This document shows positions 1 through 9,396 of a DNA stretch of 64,000 nucleotides, piece after piece (positions within the stretch are counted from its first letter, which is position 1; the number at the start of each line of letters is the position of its first letter). Source of the stretch: Dehalococcoidia bacterium (GTDB lineage: Bacteria; Chloroflexota; Dehalococcoidia; Lucifugimonadales; JAGWBF01). Position numbers and translations under genes: made by a program. The notes under the pieces were generated by a model. It was not told where the DNA came from, did no database searches, and saw only the letters and a program-made list of their open reading frames with translations. Where the stretch lies: positions 19,276 to 83,275 of the forward strand of contig JAGWBJ010000005.1 of assembly GCA_021295955.1 (NCBI GenBank). The letters run 5' to 3'.

Positions 1-442
1 CCGGCGGCAGGGCCCCCGATTCCTTGAACTGGTCCAGGCGCATCTTGACCGCCTCAACGTCGTCTATCAGGGTAACGATGATGTCGGGTTGGAGGTCCCT
101 GACCTCCGGGAGCTCGAAGGCCCTGAACAGGCGGTTGTTCCAACGAAATACGGCGTGGGAGTTGACGAACACGTTCTGCGTGCCCGAGCCTTGGTTGCGG
201 CCCAACCCGTTGCGGATCAGGTTGAACGCGCCGAGGCGAAGGGCGCCTAGCTGGGCCAGGGGCAGGTCCAGAATCTTCCCTTCCTTCAGGGTGGTGCCGG
301 ACTTTTGGCTCTCCTCATACATCATGTCGCCGATATTGAACACCGCGTCGATGGTCCTGCCCCTTTGGGCGCAGTAGTCCCTGAGCCCGTGGAGCTGGGC
401 CTTCTTGTCTATGCCCGTCTGACCGGTGAACAGTATCCGCAT
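1..442 (-). CDS. hypothetical protein, N-terminal 147 aa only (gene continues past the window start)
   Basis: Uninterrupted reverse frame from ATG at 442 to position 1 (MRILFTGQTGIDKKAQLHGLRDYCAQRGRTIDAVFNIGDMMYEE...). It is missing from the ORF track only because it is truncated. GQTGIDKK resembles a degenerate P-loop. Family not recognised. Confidence 0.5.
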   Translation of the reverse strand, partial: MRILFTGQTGIDKKAQLHGLRDYCAQRGRTIDAVFNIGDMMYEESQKSGTTLKEGKILDLPLAQLGALRLGAFNLIRNGLGRNQGSGTQNVFVNSHAVFRWNNRLFRAFELPEVRDLQPDIIVTLIDDVEAVKMRLDQFKESGALPP

Positions 443-994
443 GTCGTGACCTCCGCGTCCCCTGAGGGGGTCCGCGTTGGCAGATTCATTCTGCGTGAGC
501 GGTTGGTTGCATCATACTTGACTCGCCTCGGCGAGGAGATCGTTTGAAGACATCCGACGCACTCCACTGCGCGACAGCTTTCCGCGCCGGTTGATAGCGC
601 CCCATCACCTCTGCACATGCCCAGTCGTCGATACGTTGCTGGGTCATATCCGGCGTCTCGCAACTTACGAATGTCCAATGGGGGCATGTCCGGGCGGTAT
701 CAGGCCTACCAACAGCCTATCAGCGCAAGGTATAGCATTCAAGCCGCTGCTCGGAGACACTCCCTCGTGGGACGGTCCCCGGGTGGACCTTTCATGCCTG
801 GAAGTGGGACCACCGGCGGCCAGAACCAGCAAGCCGCGGGGGTAACTCGGAAGCGGTGCTCCACAAAACGACCTGGTTGTTATACAATAGCCGCCGTGCA
901 GCCGACATGGTTCATCTTGATGTAGACTGACCCGAATGGAGTTGGGCCGCCAGTTCTCATGTAGCAGGGCAGCGACCCCTTCCTGCGTAGGAGT

Positions 995-2416
995 GTGCTT
1001 GTGACATATCTTGTACACTTTCTCTCTTACCGCCGGCCGGCAGCCATCCTTGCAGCTACGGGTATCGGGTTCCTCCTCCTCTTTCTGGCCAGACCGGCCA
1101 TAGCCCACGCGGCGGGTCCCGACGAAGAGACTGCCTTCGTCTTCAACACCTTCGCCTTTCTCGTCTGGGGCGCCCTGGTCATGTGGATGTGCGCCGGATT
1201 CACCATGCTGGAGTCCGGCTCCGTGCGCACCAAGAACGCGGCCATGATCTGCCTGAAGAACATCGGCCTCTACTCCATCGCCGGGCTGGCCTTCTTCATC
1301 ATCGGCTACAACCTGATGTACGGCGACAGCCTTGGGGGCATCATCGGCACGCCGGGGTTCATGTACGGGTCGACGGCGGCGGAGGTAGCCCTGGTCGAGG
1401 CCGAGGGCGCCGTGGCCGAGGGCGCCGTGGCCGCGGTCGTGGGGGAAGAAGGCGCCGGATACGCCACCATGTCCGACTGGTTCTTCCAGATGGTCTTCGT
1501 GGCGACCACCGCTTCCATCGTATCGGGGGCCCTGGCCGAACGGGTCAAGATGTGGTCCTTCTTCCTGTTCATACTGGTGCTGACCGCCGTCATATATCCC
1601 GTCGTGGGAGCATGGACGTGGGCGGACGGCGGCTGGCTGAACGAATTGGGTTTCAGCGACTTCGCCGGCTCGACCATAGTGCACAGCACCGGGGGTTGGG
1701 CGGCGCTGGCGGGCATACTGGTCGTCGGACCGCGGCTGGGTAAGTTCCGTCGCAACGGCACCGTAAGGCTCACGCCACCCTCCAACATCCTGGTGGTGAC
1801 CCTGGGTGTCTTCATCCTGTGGCTTGGCTGGTTCGGCTTCAACGGGGGGTCTCAGCTGGCCCTGTCCAGCGCCCTGGACGCCGTGGCGATGAGCATCGTG
1901 CTGGTCAACACGAACCTTGGCGCCGCCGCCGGAGTGATGGCGGCCCTCATCGTCTCCCGCCCCATCCTGGGACGCATCGACCTGTTCGCGGGACTTAACG
2001 GCGCCATCGCGGGGCTCGTCTCCATCACGGCCGCTCCAGATATAGTCGACCACCACTGGGCCGTGGTCATCGGCGCCGTGGGCGGAGTCCTGTGCGTGGG
2101 CGGGCTGAAATTCATGGAAATGGTCAAGCTGGACGACGTGGTGGGAGCGGTGCCCGCGCACATGTTCGCCGGAGTATGGGGGACCGTGGCCGTCTGCATC
2201 GCCGGTGGGGCCACCTTCCACGTCCAGCTCATCGGCGTGCTCTCGATAGGGGCCTTCGTGTTCCTGGTCTCGTACGGACTCTGGCAGCTTCTGGACAAGA
2301 CGCTGGGCGCCCGTGTTTCCACTTCGGTGGAGCGTCTGGGCCAGGACGCCGGGGAGCTGGGTATGGAGTCCTACCCCGAGTTCGTTCTCATGCCCGAGGT
2401 GGAAGATGACGACTAG
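995..2416 (+). CDS. amt: ammonium transporter (Amt/MEP family)
   Basis: 473-aa multi-TM ORF with Amt-type blocks (FTMLESGSVRTKNAAMICLKN, DFAGSTIVHSTGGWAALAG, PAHMFAGVWGT). GTG start at 995; the GTG at 1001 is better spaced from AGGAG at 988-992. Confidence 0.93.
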   Translation: MLVTYLVHFLSYRRPAAILAATGIGFLLLFLARPAIAHAAGPDEETAFVFNTFAFLVWGALVMWMCAGFTMLESGSVRTKNAAMICLKNIGLYSIAGLAFFIIGYNLMYGDSLGGIIGTPGFMYGSTAAEVALVEAEGAVAEGAVAAVVGEEGAGYATMSDWFFQMVFVATTASIVSGALAERVKMWSFFLFILVLTAVIYPVVGAWTWADGGWLNELGFSDFAGSTIVHSTGGWAALAGILVVGPRLGKFRRNGTVRLTPPSNILVVTLGVFILWLGWFGFNGGSQLALSSALDAVAMSIVLVNTNLGAAAGVMAALIVSRPILGRIDLFAGLNGAIAGLVSITAAPDIVDHHWAVVIGAVGGVLCVGGLKFMEMVKLDDVVGAVPAHMFAGVWGTVAVCIAGGATFHVQLIGVLSIGAFVFLVSYGLWQLLDKTLGARVSTSVERLGQDAGELGMESYPEFVLMPEVEDDD

Positions 2417-2449
2417 TTTCCGGCTGCCCTCCGGCAGTACCGCTGCAAG

Positions 2450-3388
2450 TTGACACCGCAGAGCGAGGGAGCGTCCTCCCCGGCCATCGCGGTGCGGGGG
2501 CTCCGGAAGTCCTACGGCGCCGTGGAGGCGGTGCGGGGCATAGACCTGGACGTGATGAGGGGAGAGGTCTTTGCCCTTTTGGGGCCCAATGGCGCCGGCA
2601 AGACGACCACGGTGGAGATCCTGGAGGGACACCGTGACCGGACCGCCGGCGAGGTGTCGGTCCTGGGCTACGATCCGGCGCGAAGCCAACGGGACCTGAA
2701 GGAGCGCATCGGCATCGTGCTCCAGTCCACGGGCGTGGAGCCGTACCTCAAGGTCGAGGAGACCATCGACCTGTTCCGGGGCTACTATCCCCATCCGCTG
2801 CCCCTGGATGAGATCCTGGACGTGATCGGGCTGGAGGAGCAGCGGCGCACCCCGGTGAAACGACTGTCCGGAGGCCAGCAGCGGCGGCTGGACGTGGCCA
2901 TCGGGCTGGCGGGGGACCCGGAGCTGCTGTTCCTGGACGAGCCCACCACCGGGTTCGACCCCTCGGCACGCCGCGGCGCCTGGGAGATGGTGCGCAACCT
3001 CCAGTCCCTGGGCAAGACCATTGTGCTTACCACCCACTACATGGACGAGGCGGAGCACCTGGCCGACCGCGTAGCCATCATGGTGCACGGGAGGATCGTC
3101 GCCCAAGGCACGCCCGGCGACCTGGTGCGGCGGGAGGACTCTACCACCATACGGTTCAGGCTGGCCACCTGGCCCGAGGACCTGCCTCCCGGCCTCGAAG
3201 CCCGGTCAACGGGCGGCGGTCAGTACACCATTGTCACCGACGCGCCGACCCACAGGCTGCACCTACTGACGGGTTGGGCCACGGACCGCGGCCTGGAGCT
3301 GGAGGACCTGACCGTGTCCCGCCCGTCGCTGGAGGACGTGTTCATGGAGCTCACCGCCCCGCCGGAGCTCGGCCAGGGACGGGAATGA
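2450..3388 (+). CDS. ABC transporter ATP-binding protein (ABC-2 / DrrA-like exporter)
   Basis: Walker A GPNGAGKTTT, signature LSGGQQRRL, Walker B LLFLDEPTTGFD. Its stop overlaps the start of the permease gene (ATGA). Confidence 0.92.
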   Translation: MTPQSEGASSPAIAVRGLRKSYGAVEAVRGIDLDVMRGEVFALLGPNGAGKTTTVEILEGHRDRTAGEVSVLGYDPARSQRDLKERIGIVLQSTGVEPYLKVEETIDLFRGYYPHPLPLDEILDVIGLEEQRRTPVKRLSGGQQRRLDVAIGLAGDPELLFLDEPTTGFDPSARRGAWEMVRNLQSLGKTIVLTTHYMDEAEHLADRVAIMVHGRIVAQGTPGDLVRREDSTTIRFRLATWPEDLPPGLEARSTGGGQYTIVTDAPTHRLHLLTGWATDRGLELEDLTVSRPSLEDVFMELTAPPELGQGRE

Positions 3389-4158
3389 ACTCCCTCGCCC
3401 TGGCGCTGAGGCAGGTCCGGTTCGAAAACAGGGCCTTCTGGCGCAACCCGATAGCCGCGTTCTTCGTGTTCGCATTCCCCCTGCTGTTCCTGGTCATCTT
3501 CAACCTGCTCTTCGGCAACAGGGACCTGGAGCTCCCCGGGGGCACGGTGAGCACGTCCACGTTCTACGTCCCCGCCATAGTCGCGCTTTCGGTCATCTAC
3601 GCCTGCTACAACAACGTGGCCGTCGGCATGTCCTTTGCCAGGGAGATGGGCCTGCTGAAACGGGTCCACGGCACGCCTCTGCCCGGCTGGTCGTACATGT
3701 TCGGCAGGATCGCTCACTCGGTGCTGGTGTCGGTCCTGCTGGTCGCCATCGTCACGGCGGCGGGGGTACTGTTCTACAACGTGGACGTGCCTACCAACAC
3801 GGCGCCGGCGTTCCTGGTGAGCCTGGTGGTCGGGGCGGCCACGTTCTGTGCTCTGGGCATGGCGGTCATGACAGTTATACCCAATGCCGACGCGTCTCCC
3901 GCCATTGTCAACGTATCCATACTGCCCCTTCTGTTCATATCCGACGTCTTCATCCCGCTGCAGGACGCGCCGGGCTGGCTCATTGCCTTTGCCGACATCT
4001 TCCCGGTGCGGCACTTCGCCATGGCGATGCACGCGGCCTTCGACCCCTTCGAGAAGGGGGCCGGTTTCGAGCCGGTGCATCTGCTGGTGATGGCGGCGTG
4101 GATGGTGGGCGGGGTGGCGGTGGCCGTGCGGTTCTTCTCCTGGGAGCCGCGGCGGTAG
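3385..4158 (+). CDS. ABC-2 type transporter permease
   Basis: ATG at 3385 overlaps the upstream stop by 4 nt. Starts MNSLALALRQVRFENRAFWRNP, followed by about six hydrophobic segments. The track ORF start at 3274 is an upstream extension overlapping the ATPase gene. Confidence 0.85.
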   Translation: MNSLALALRQVRFENRAFWRNPIAAFFVFAFPLLFLVIFNLLFGNRDLELPGGTVSTSTFYVPAIVALSVIYACYNNVAVGMSFAREMGLLKRVHGTPLPGWSYMFGRIAHSVLVSVLLVAIVTAAGVLFYNVDVPTNTAPAFLVSLVVGAATFCALGMAVMTVIPNADASPAIVNVSILPLLFISDVFIPLQDAPGWLIAFADIFPVRHFAMAMHAAFDPFEKGAGFEPVHLLVMAAWMVGGVAVAVRFFSWEPRR

Positions 4159-4283
4159 CGGGCGGTCGGGGCACGGAGGGGCCTCGAGGGCCTCGGGTAC
4201 TTCACGCCTGCCCCGGTGGTATAGTAGGATGTGCCTATGCCCGGCGGCGGGCAAGTTGGCGTTAGGATTGGAGGGCCCGGCCT

Positions 4284-7200
4284 ATGCTGCGAGTCGGCGT
4301 CGATATCGGGGGTACCTTTACCGACCTGATGACCTTCGACGAGGAGGCGGGGACCGTTGCTCGGAACAAGGTCTTGACGACGCCCAGGGCGCCGGAGGAG
4401 GGGCTGCTGGAAGCCTGCCGGTCGGCGGGTGTGGAAGTGGAGGGGGTGTCCCACTTCGTCCACGGCACCACGCTGGTCACCAACCTGGTGATCGAGCGCC
4501 AGGGGGCCACGGTCGGGCTGATAACCACCAGGGGGTTCCGAGATATCCTGCTCTTCCAAACGGGCATGCGCGAGGAGAGCTTCGACCTGCAGTGGGAGCG
4601 CCGCAAGGCCCTGGTGCCCCGGCACCTGATCGTCGAAGTGTCCGAGAGGATGGGCAAGGAGGGGAAGCCCGTAGCCTCCCTCGACGAGGCCGAGGTCGCC
4701 CGGGCCGTCCATTACCTGGTGGCAAAGGGTGTCGACTCCATCGCCGTGTGCCTGTTCAACTCCTACGCCAACGGCCGGCATGAGATCGAGGCAGGCCGGA
4801 TCATCGCCCGCGAGGCGCCGCAGCTATACGTGTCGCTGTCCTGCCAGGTGGACCCCCGGATAAGGGAGTATCCCAGGGCCAGCACCACGGTGCTGAACTC
4901 CTACGCCATGCCCAGGGTGTACGGCTACGTGGACCGGCTGGACAGGGCCCTGGAGATCCAGCGGGGAATCAAGTACATGCACTCCGGCGGGGGTCTCATC
5001 TCCTCCACGGCGGCCCAGGAGCGGCCCATCGCCCTGGTGGAATCAGGGCCTGCCGCGGGGGTGCTGGCCTGCCGATACTTGGGCGAGAAGCTGGGCATCG
5101 AGCAGATTATCACCGCGGACATGGGGGGCACCAGCTTCGACGTCTGCATGATCCGCGACGGGGTGCCAGAGATAAAGGACACCACCGACGTGGAGTTCGG
5201 CATCCCGGTCCGGAGCGACAGCATCGACGTGGTGTCCATCGGGGCTGGGGGCGGCAGCATCGCTTGGATCGACGAGGGTGGAAGCCTAAGGGTCGGTCCT
5301 CGCAGCGCCGGCGCGGACCCCGGACCGGCCTGCTACGACTTTGGCGGCACGGAGCCTACCACCACCGACGCCAACATGATCCTGGGGACCCTCAACCCGG
5401 AGAACTTCCTGGGCGGCGGCTCCATGAAGCTGGCCCCGGACAGGTCGTGGCGGGCGATGCAGCCCATAGCCGACCACTTCGGCCTCACGGTGCCCGAGGC
5501 GGCCCAGGGCGTGTACAAGGTCGTCAACGCCAGCATGGCCCAGGCGGTGCGGCAGGTCACGGTGAAAAAGGGCATCGACCCCCGGGAGTTCACCCTCATG
5601 CCCTTCGGCGGGGCCGGGGCCCAGCACGCCATAGACGTGGCGAAGGAGCTTGACATAACCTCCGTGCTGTTCCCCGTCAACGCCAGCACGCTGTCGGCCC
5701 TGGGCATGATGACCGCCGACATCAGCTACAACGAGTCCCGGACGGTGTCGTCGCCCCTGGCGGAGCTGTCCATGGACCAGGTGGAGGCGGACTTCCGGGA
5801 GCTGGAGGCCCGGGCCCTGGGATACCTGCAGGCCGACGAGAGCCATGTCGTCGGCACCGGCGTCCAGTGGAAGGCCGACGTCCGATACGTGGGCCAGTCC
5901 TTCGAGCTGCGGGTCCCCCTGGCCAGGGGCAAGGTGACCAGGGAGCAGGTCTACCAGGAGTTCGAAAGGGTGTACCGGGAGAGGTACGGCATGGTGCTGG
6001 GCGACCCCGCCGAGGTGGTCAACATCCACGCCACGGCCACCGGATACATACAGTCGCTGGAGCTTCCCAAGAGCGGCGGCTCCGGCCGCGGCGCGCCCTC
6101 CCCCAAGGGGCACCGGAAGATGGCTTTCTACGACTCGCCGGTGCCCGTATACGACCGGGAGACGCTGGGACACGGCATGGTGCTGGAGAGCCCCTGCATC
6201 GTCGAGGAGGTGGACAACACCATCTTCCTGCCCCAGGGCTGCGAGTCCCGGGTGGACGAGTACGGCAACATAAGGACCACGGTGAGCTCCACTCCCCAGC
6301 AGGAGGACGCGGAGCTGGATCCCTTCACCGCCGAGATCATTCGCAGCTACCTGCTGTCCACGGTCGAAGAGATGATGAAGAGCACGACGGCTGTTGCCTA
6401 CTCCAGCACCTTCGCCGAGCGGTTGGACTTCACCGGCGCCATCTTCGACAGCCGGGGCCGGATGGTCGCCCAGGCCCAGGGAGTGCCGATCCACGCGGGC
6501 ACCATGACCGACTCCCTGGAGGCGATCATAGAGGCCTTCGACGGCAAGTTCGACGAAGGCGACGTGATGATCCTCAACGACGTCTACGCCGGCGGCTCAC
6601 ACCAGCCCGACGTCATGGTGGCGCGGCCCATCTTCCATGGAGACAGGCTGGTGGGCTACACGGCCAACCGGGGCCACTGGACGGACATCGGCGGCATGGC
6701 CGCCGGCGGCTTCTCGGGTACGGCCCGGCACGTCGTACAGGAGGCCCTCACCATTCCTCCCGCCAAGCTGTACGAGGCGGGGGTCCTCAACGCTACCGTA
6801 AGGGAGTTCATCCTCCGAAACGTGCGAGTGTCCCGGCAGATATGGGGCGACATCCAGTCCCAGATCACCGCCAACCTCACCGGCGAGCGGCGGGTCAAGG
6901 CGCTGGTCGACAAGTACGGGGTGGACATGGTGCTGGCGGGCATGGACGCCACCCTGGAGTACGGCCGCAGACGGTTCAGGCAGAAGCTGTTGGAGATGCC
7001 CGATGGCAAGGGCGCCGACCACGACTTCGTCGACACCGACGGGTACACCGACCGCATGTACAAGATCAACGTGGCGGTGGAGAAGAAGGGCGACAGGCTG
7101 ATGGTGGACTGCTCGGGCAGCTCCGACCAGGACTTCTCCATGGTCAACTGCAGCAAGGTGGTGGCCAAGGGGGCCATCTTCGTGGCGGTAATCTCCATGG

Positions 7201-8087
7201 TCGACCCAGAGGGGGTGATGAACTCCGGCGTGCTGGAGCAGATCGACCTCTTCATCCCCGACGGGTCTATACTGAATCCCCACCATCCGGCCCCGGTAGC
7301 CGCGGGAATCTACCATATCCCGGCGCTCACCGACACGGTCATCAGGGCCTTTGGCGACTGGCTTCCCGAGCGGGTCATCGGCTCCAGCAACGGGGACCGG
7401 GACAACACCACCTACTGGGGGTTCCATCCCGAGACCGGCAACGAATGGGTCTGGTACCTGAGCCAGAGCGGAGGCTACGGGGCCCGGGCCACCAAGGACG
7501 GCGAGCCCGTGGCCCCCGACCCACGGAACAACTGCCGTTTCTCCTCCCTGGAGGTATGGGAACGGGAGTTTCCCGCCCTGTTCATACGGTGGGAGATGGC
7601 AACCGACTCGGGAGGGGACGGGAAGTTCCGCGGGGGCCTGGCCTCGCGCCAGGAGTTCGAGCTTCTGGGAGACGCCCTGTACTCGGCCGCGGCCACGCGG
7701 CACATCCTGCCTCCGAGGGGCATCTTCGGCGGCGGCGATGCCCACTGCCACTCCTTCCACCTGACCAGGAGCGGCAAGCGGACCACCCTCCAGGAGGCCT
7801 TCGGACTGCCGTCGCCCTCCAAGTTCGCCAACGTGTCGCTGCAGAAAGGCGACATCTTCGCCGTGGAATCCGGCGGAGGCGGCGGCTATGGCGACCCACT
7901 GGACCGGGACGTCGCCATGGTGGAGATGGACGTGCTGGAGGGCTACGTGTCCCCGGAGAAAGCCCGGAAGGTGTACGGCGTCGCCGTCGACCCGGCCACC
8001 CTCGAGGCCGACCCCAAGGAGACAGCGGACCTCAGACGAAAGCTGGCGGCCGCCCGCAGTGGACAGGCGCCGGCCGCCGGTGGCTGA
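4284..8087 (+). CDS. fused hydantoinase A / hydantoinase B family protein (OPLAH-type 5-oxoprolinase / N-methylhydantoinase-like)
   Basis: 1267 aa. The N-terminal half begins VGVDIGGTFTDL (HyuA-type ATPase fold). The second half begins around DPFTAEIIRSYLLSTVEEMM (HyuB-type). It is colinear with the split hyuA/hyuB pair at 44507-48570. Confidence 0.9.
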   Translation: MLRVGVDIGGTFTDLMTFDEEAGTVARNKVLTTPRAPEEGLLEACRSAGVEVEGVSHFVHGTTLVTNLVIERQGATVGLITTRGFRDILLFQTGMREESFDLQWERRKALVPRHLIVEVSERMGKEGKPVASLDEAEVARAVHYLVAKGVDSIAVCLFNSYANGRHEIEAGRIIAREAPQLYVSLSCQVDPRIREYPRASTTVLNSYAMPRVYGYVDRLDRALEIQRGIKYMHSGGGLISSTAAQERPIALVESGPAAGVLACRYLGEKLGIEQIITADMGGTSFDVCMIRDGVPEIKDTTDVEFGIPVRSDSIDVVSIGAGGGSIAWIDEGGSLRVGPRSAGADPGPACYDFGGTEPTTTDANMILGTLNPENFLGGGSMKLAPDRSWRAMQPIADHFGLTVPEAAQGVYKVVNASMAQAVRQVTVKKGIDPREFTLMPFGGAGAQHAIDVAKELDITSVLFPVNASTLSALGMMTADISYNESRTVSSPLAELSMDQVEADFRELEARALGYLQADESHVVGTGVQWKADVRYVGQSFELRVPLARGKVTREQVYQEFERVYRERYGMVLGDPAEVVNIHATATGYIQSLELPKSGGSGRGAPSPKGHRKMAFYDSPVPVYDRETLGHGMVLESPCIVEEVDNTIFLPQGCESRVDEYGNIRTTVSSTPQQEDAELDPFTAEIIRSYLLSTVEEMMKSTTAVAYSSTFAERLDFTGAIFDSRGRMVAQAQGVPIHAGTMTDSLEAIIEAFDGKFDEGDVMILNDVYAGGSHQPDVMVARPIFHGDRLVGYTANRGHWTDIGGMAAGGFSGTARHVVQEALTIPPAKLYEAGVLNATVREFILRNVRVSRQIWGDIQSQITANLTGERRVKALVDKYGVDMVLAGMDATLEYGRRRFRQKLLEMPDGKGADHDFVDTDGYTDRMYKINVAVEKKGDRLMVDCSGSSDQDFSMVNCSKVVAKGAIFVAVISMVDPEGVMNSGVLEQIDLFIPDGSILNPHHPAPVAAGIYHIPALTDTVIRAFGDWLPERVIGSSNGDRDNTTYWGFHPETGNEWVWYLSQSGGYGARATKDGEPVAPDPRNNCRFSSLEVWEREFPALFIRWEMATDSGGDGKFRGGLASRQEFELLGDALYSAAATRHILPPRGIFGGGDAHCHSFHLTRSGKRTTLQEAFGLPSPSKFANVSLQKGDIFAVESGGGGGYGDPLDRDVAMVEMDVLEGYVSPEKARKVYGVAVDPATLEADPKETADLRRKLAAARSGQAPAAGG

Positions 8088-8108
8088 TGGACGGGGCTGA
8101 GGGCTGAC

Positions 8109-9374
8109 ATGACGATCACCGACCGGGTGCTGGAGCGAGTCGACCGCGCCGCCGTAGTGGAGCTTGCGTCGGACCTGGTCCGCATACCCAGCTTCAAGCC
8201 AGACGAGACCCCCGTGGCTCGGTACCTGGCCGGCTTCTTCGGCAGCCGCGGATACCAGGTCGAACTGCAGGAGGTGGAGCCCGGGCGCTTCCAGACGGTG
8301 GCCACTCTGGAGGGCTCCGGCGGCGGGCCCAGCCTGATGCTCAACGGCCACATAGACATCAACTCCCTAGGGATGCGGTGGCGCCGGGACCCGTGGACCC
8401 CCACCGTCGAGGGAGACCGCCTCTATGGCCACGGCGTGCAGAACATGAAAGGCGGCCTGGCCAGCGTCGTCATGGCCGCCGAGGCCCTCCGGCTCTCCCG
8501 GACCCGGCTGAAGGGGGACCTCGTGGTGGCCTGCGTGGTGGGGGAGACCCAAGGCGGAGAGGGCACCAAGCACCTCGTGGATACGGGCTTGCGGACGGAT
8601 ATGGCGGTGGTTGCCGAGCCCTTCGGCCTTGGCAACCTGGTCACGGTACACGCCGGCATCGTGCACATGGCCATTCACGCCTACGGGGTCACAGGCCACA
8701 TGGCGCGCAGCGACCACACGGTGCACGCCGTACGGAACATGTCCCGGATCATGGACACCCTGGAGAGGGTGGAGTTCACCTGCACCCCCAGGTCCGACAT
8801 GCCGGCTCTGCCCAAGCTCAACGTCGGCAGCATCATCGGAGGCCGCGGGCGGGAGTACGTGCTGGTGGAGCCGCCCTACGTCCCCGACCTGTGCACCATC
8901 ATCGTCGACGTCCACTTCCTCCCGGGGCAAACGGTGGAGGGCATCGTCGCGGACATCCGCCGGGCGCTGGACCCGCTGGCGGACGCGGACCCGGACCTGC
9001 GATACGAGATCGAGATACCTCCCCCGGACTCCTTCAGGGGCCGCCGCAGGCTGGTGATGGACCCCCTGGACGTCCCTCAGGATGAGTACATAGTCCAAGC
9101 CGTCGCCCGCAGCCACGAAAGGGTGACGGGGCGGCCTCCCTCCTCCATCGGGGCCATCATCCCCGACTCCTACAGCGCCAACGACACGTGCCATCTGTGG
9201 AAGGCCGGTATTCCCTGCCTCATCTACGGGCCGACGGTCGGCAGAGGGACCAGGGACGAGGACGACTCCTACGTGGTCATCAGCGATATGGTAGAGTGCA
9301 CCAAGGTCCTGGCGATTACCGCCCTGGAAGTGTGCAGCTCGGACCGGGCACGTGACGGCGCCGGGACAACCTGA
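8109..9374 (+). CDS. M20 family metallopeptidase (ArgE/DapE/carbamoylase-like)
   Basis: 421 aa with blocks LMLNGHIDI, DRLYGHGVQNMKGGLA and GETQGGEG typical of M20 dinuclear-metal hydrolases. Confidence 0.85.
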   Translation: MTITDRVLERVDRAAVVELASDLVRIPSFKPDETPVARYLAGFFGSRGYQVELQEVEPGRFQTVATLEGSGGGPSLMLNGHIDINSLGMRWRRDPWTPTVEGDRLYGHGVQNMKGGLASVVMAAEALRLSRTRLKGDLVVACVVGETQGGEGTKHLVDTGLRTDMAVVAEPFGLGNLVTVHAGIVHMAIHAYGVTGHMARSDHTVHAVRNMSRIMDTLERVEFTCTPRSDMPALPKLNVGSIIGGRGREYVLVEPPYVPDLCTIIVDVHFLPGQTVEGIVADIRRALDPLADADPDLRYEIEIPPPDSFRGRRRLVMDPLDVPQDEYIVQAVARSHERVTGRPPSSIGAIIPDSYSANDTCHLWKAGIPCLIYGPTVGRGTRDEDDSYVVISDMVECTKVLAITALEVCSSDRARDGAGTT

Positions 9375-9396
9375 CGTCCGGCCTGCTGGTCAGCCC

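Noticed and set aside
24-377. 117-aa plus-strand ORF at the window start
   Set aside because: It is antisense to the better-supported truncated reverse-strand gene (1-442). The composition is Arg/Ser/Leu/Pro-rich with no motif.
591-925. Plus-strand ORFs 591-845 and 617-925, and reverse ORF 409-687, in the amt upstream spacer
   Set aside because: They mutually overlap, lack an RBS and have odd composition. The region is treated as non-coding regulatory spacer, and a conserved small gene cannot be fully excluded.
665-3106. 813-aa reverse-strand ORF spanning amt and the ABC ATPase gene. Similar long antisense ORFs occur elsewhere, for example 5286-6494 (-), 6597-8351 (-), 30730-32529 (+), 56260-57942 (+) and 57843-59612 (+).
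   Set aside because: Each lies antisense to, or out of frame with, a gene that has strong family motifs. The translations are low-complexity and rich in R/G/P/A/H/V, as expected for stop-poor frames in GC-rich DNA. None has a recognisable motif.
9352-9396. Upstream 15-codon extension of pyruvate kinase
   Set aside because: It overlaps the end of the M20 gene. The ATG at 9397 gives the conserved MRRTKIVCTIGP N-terminus.
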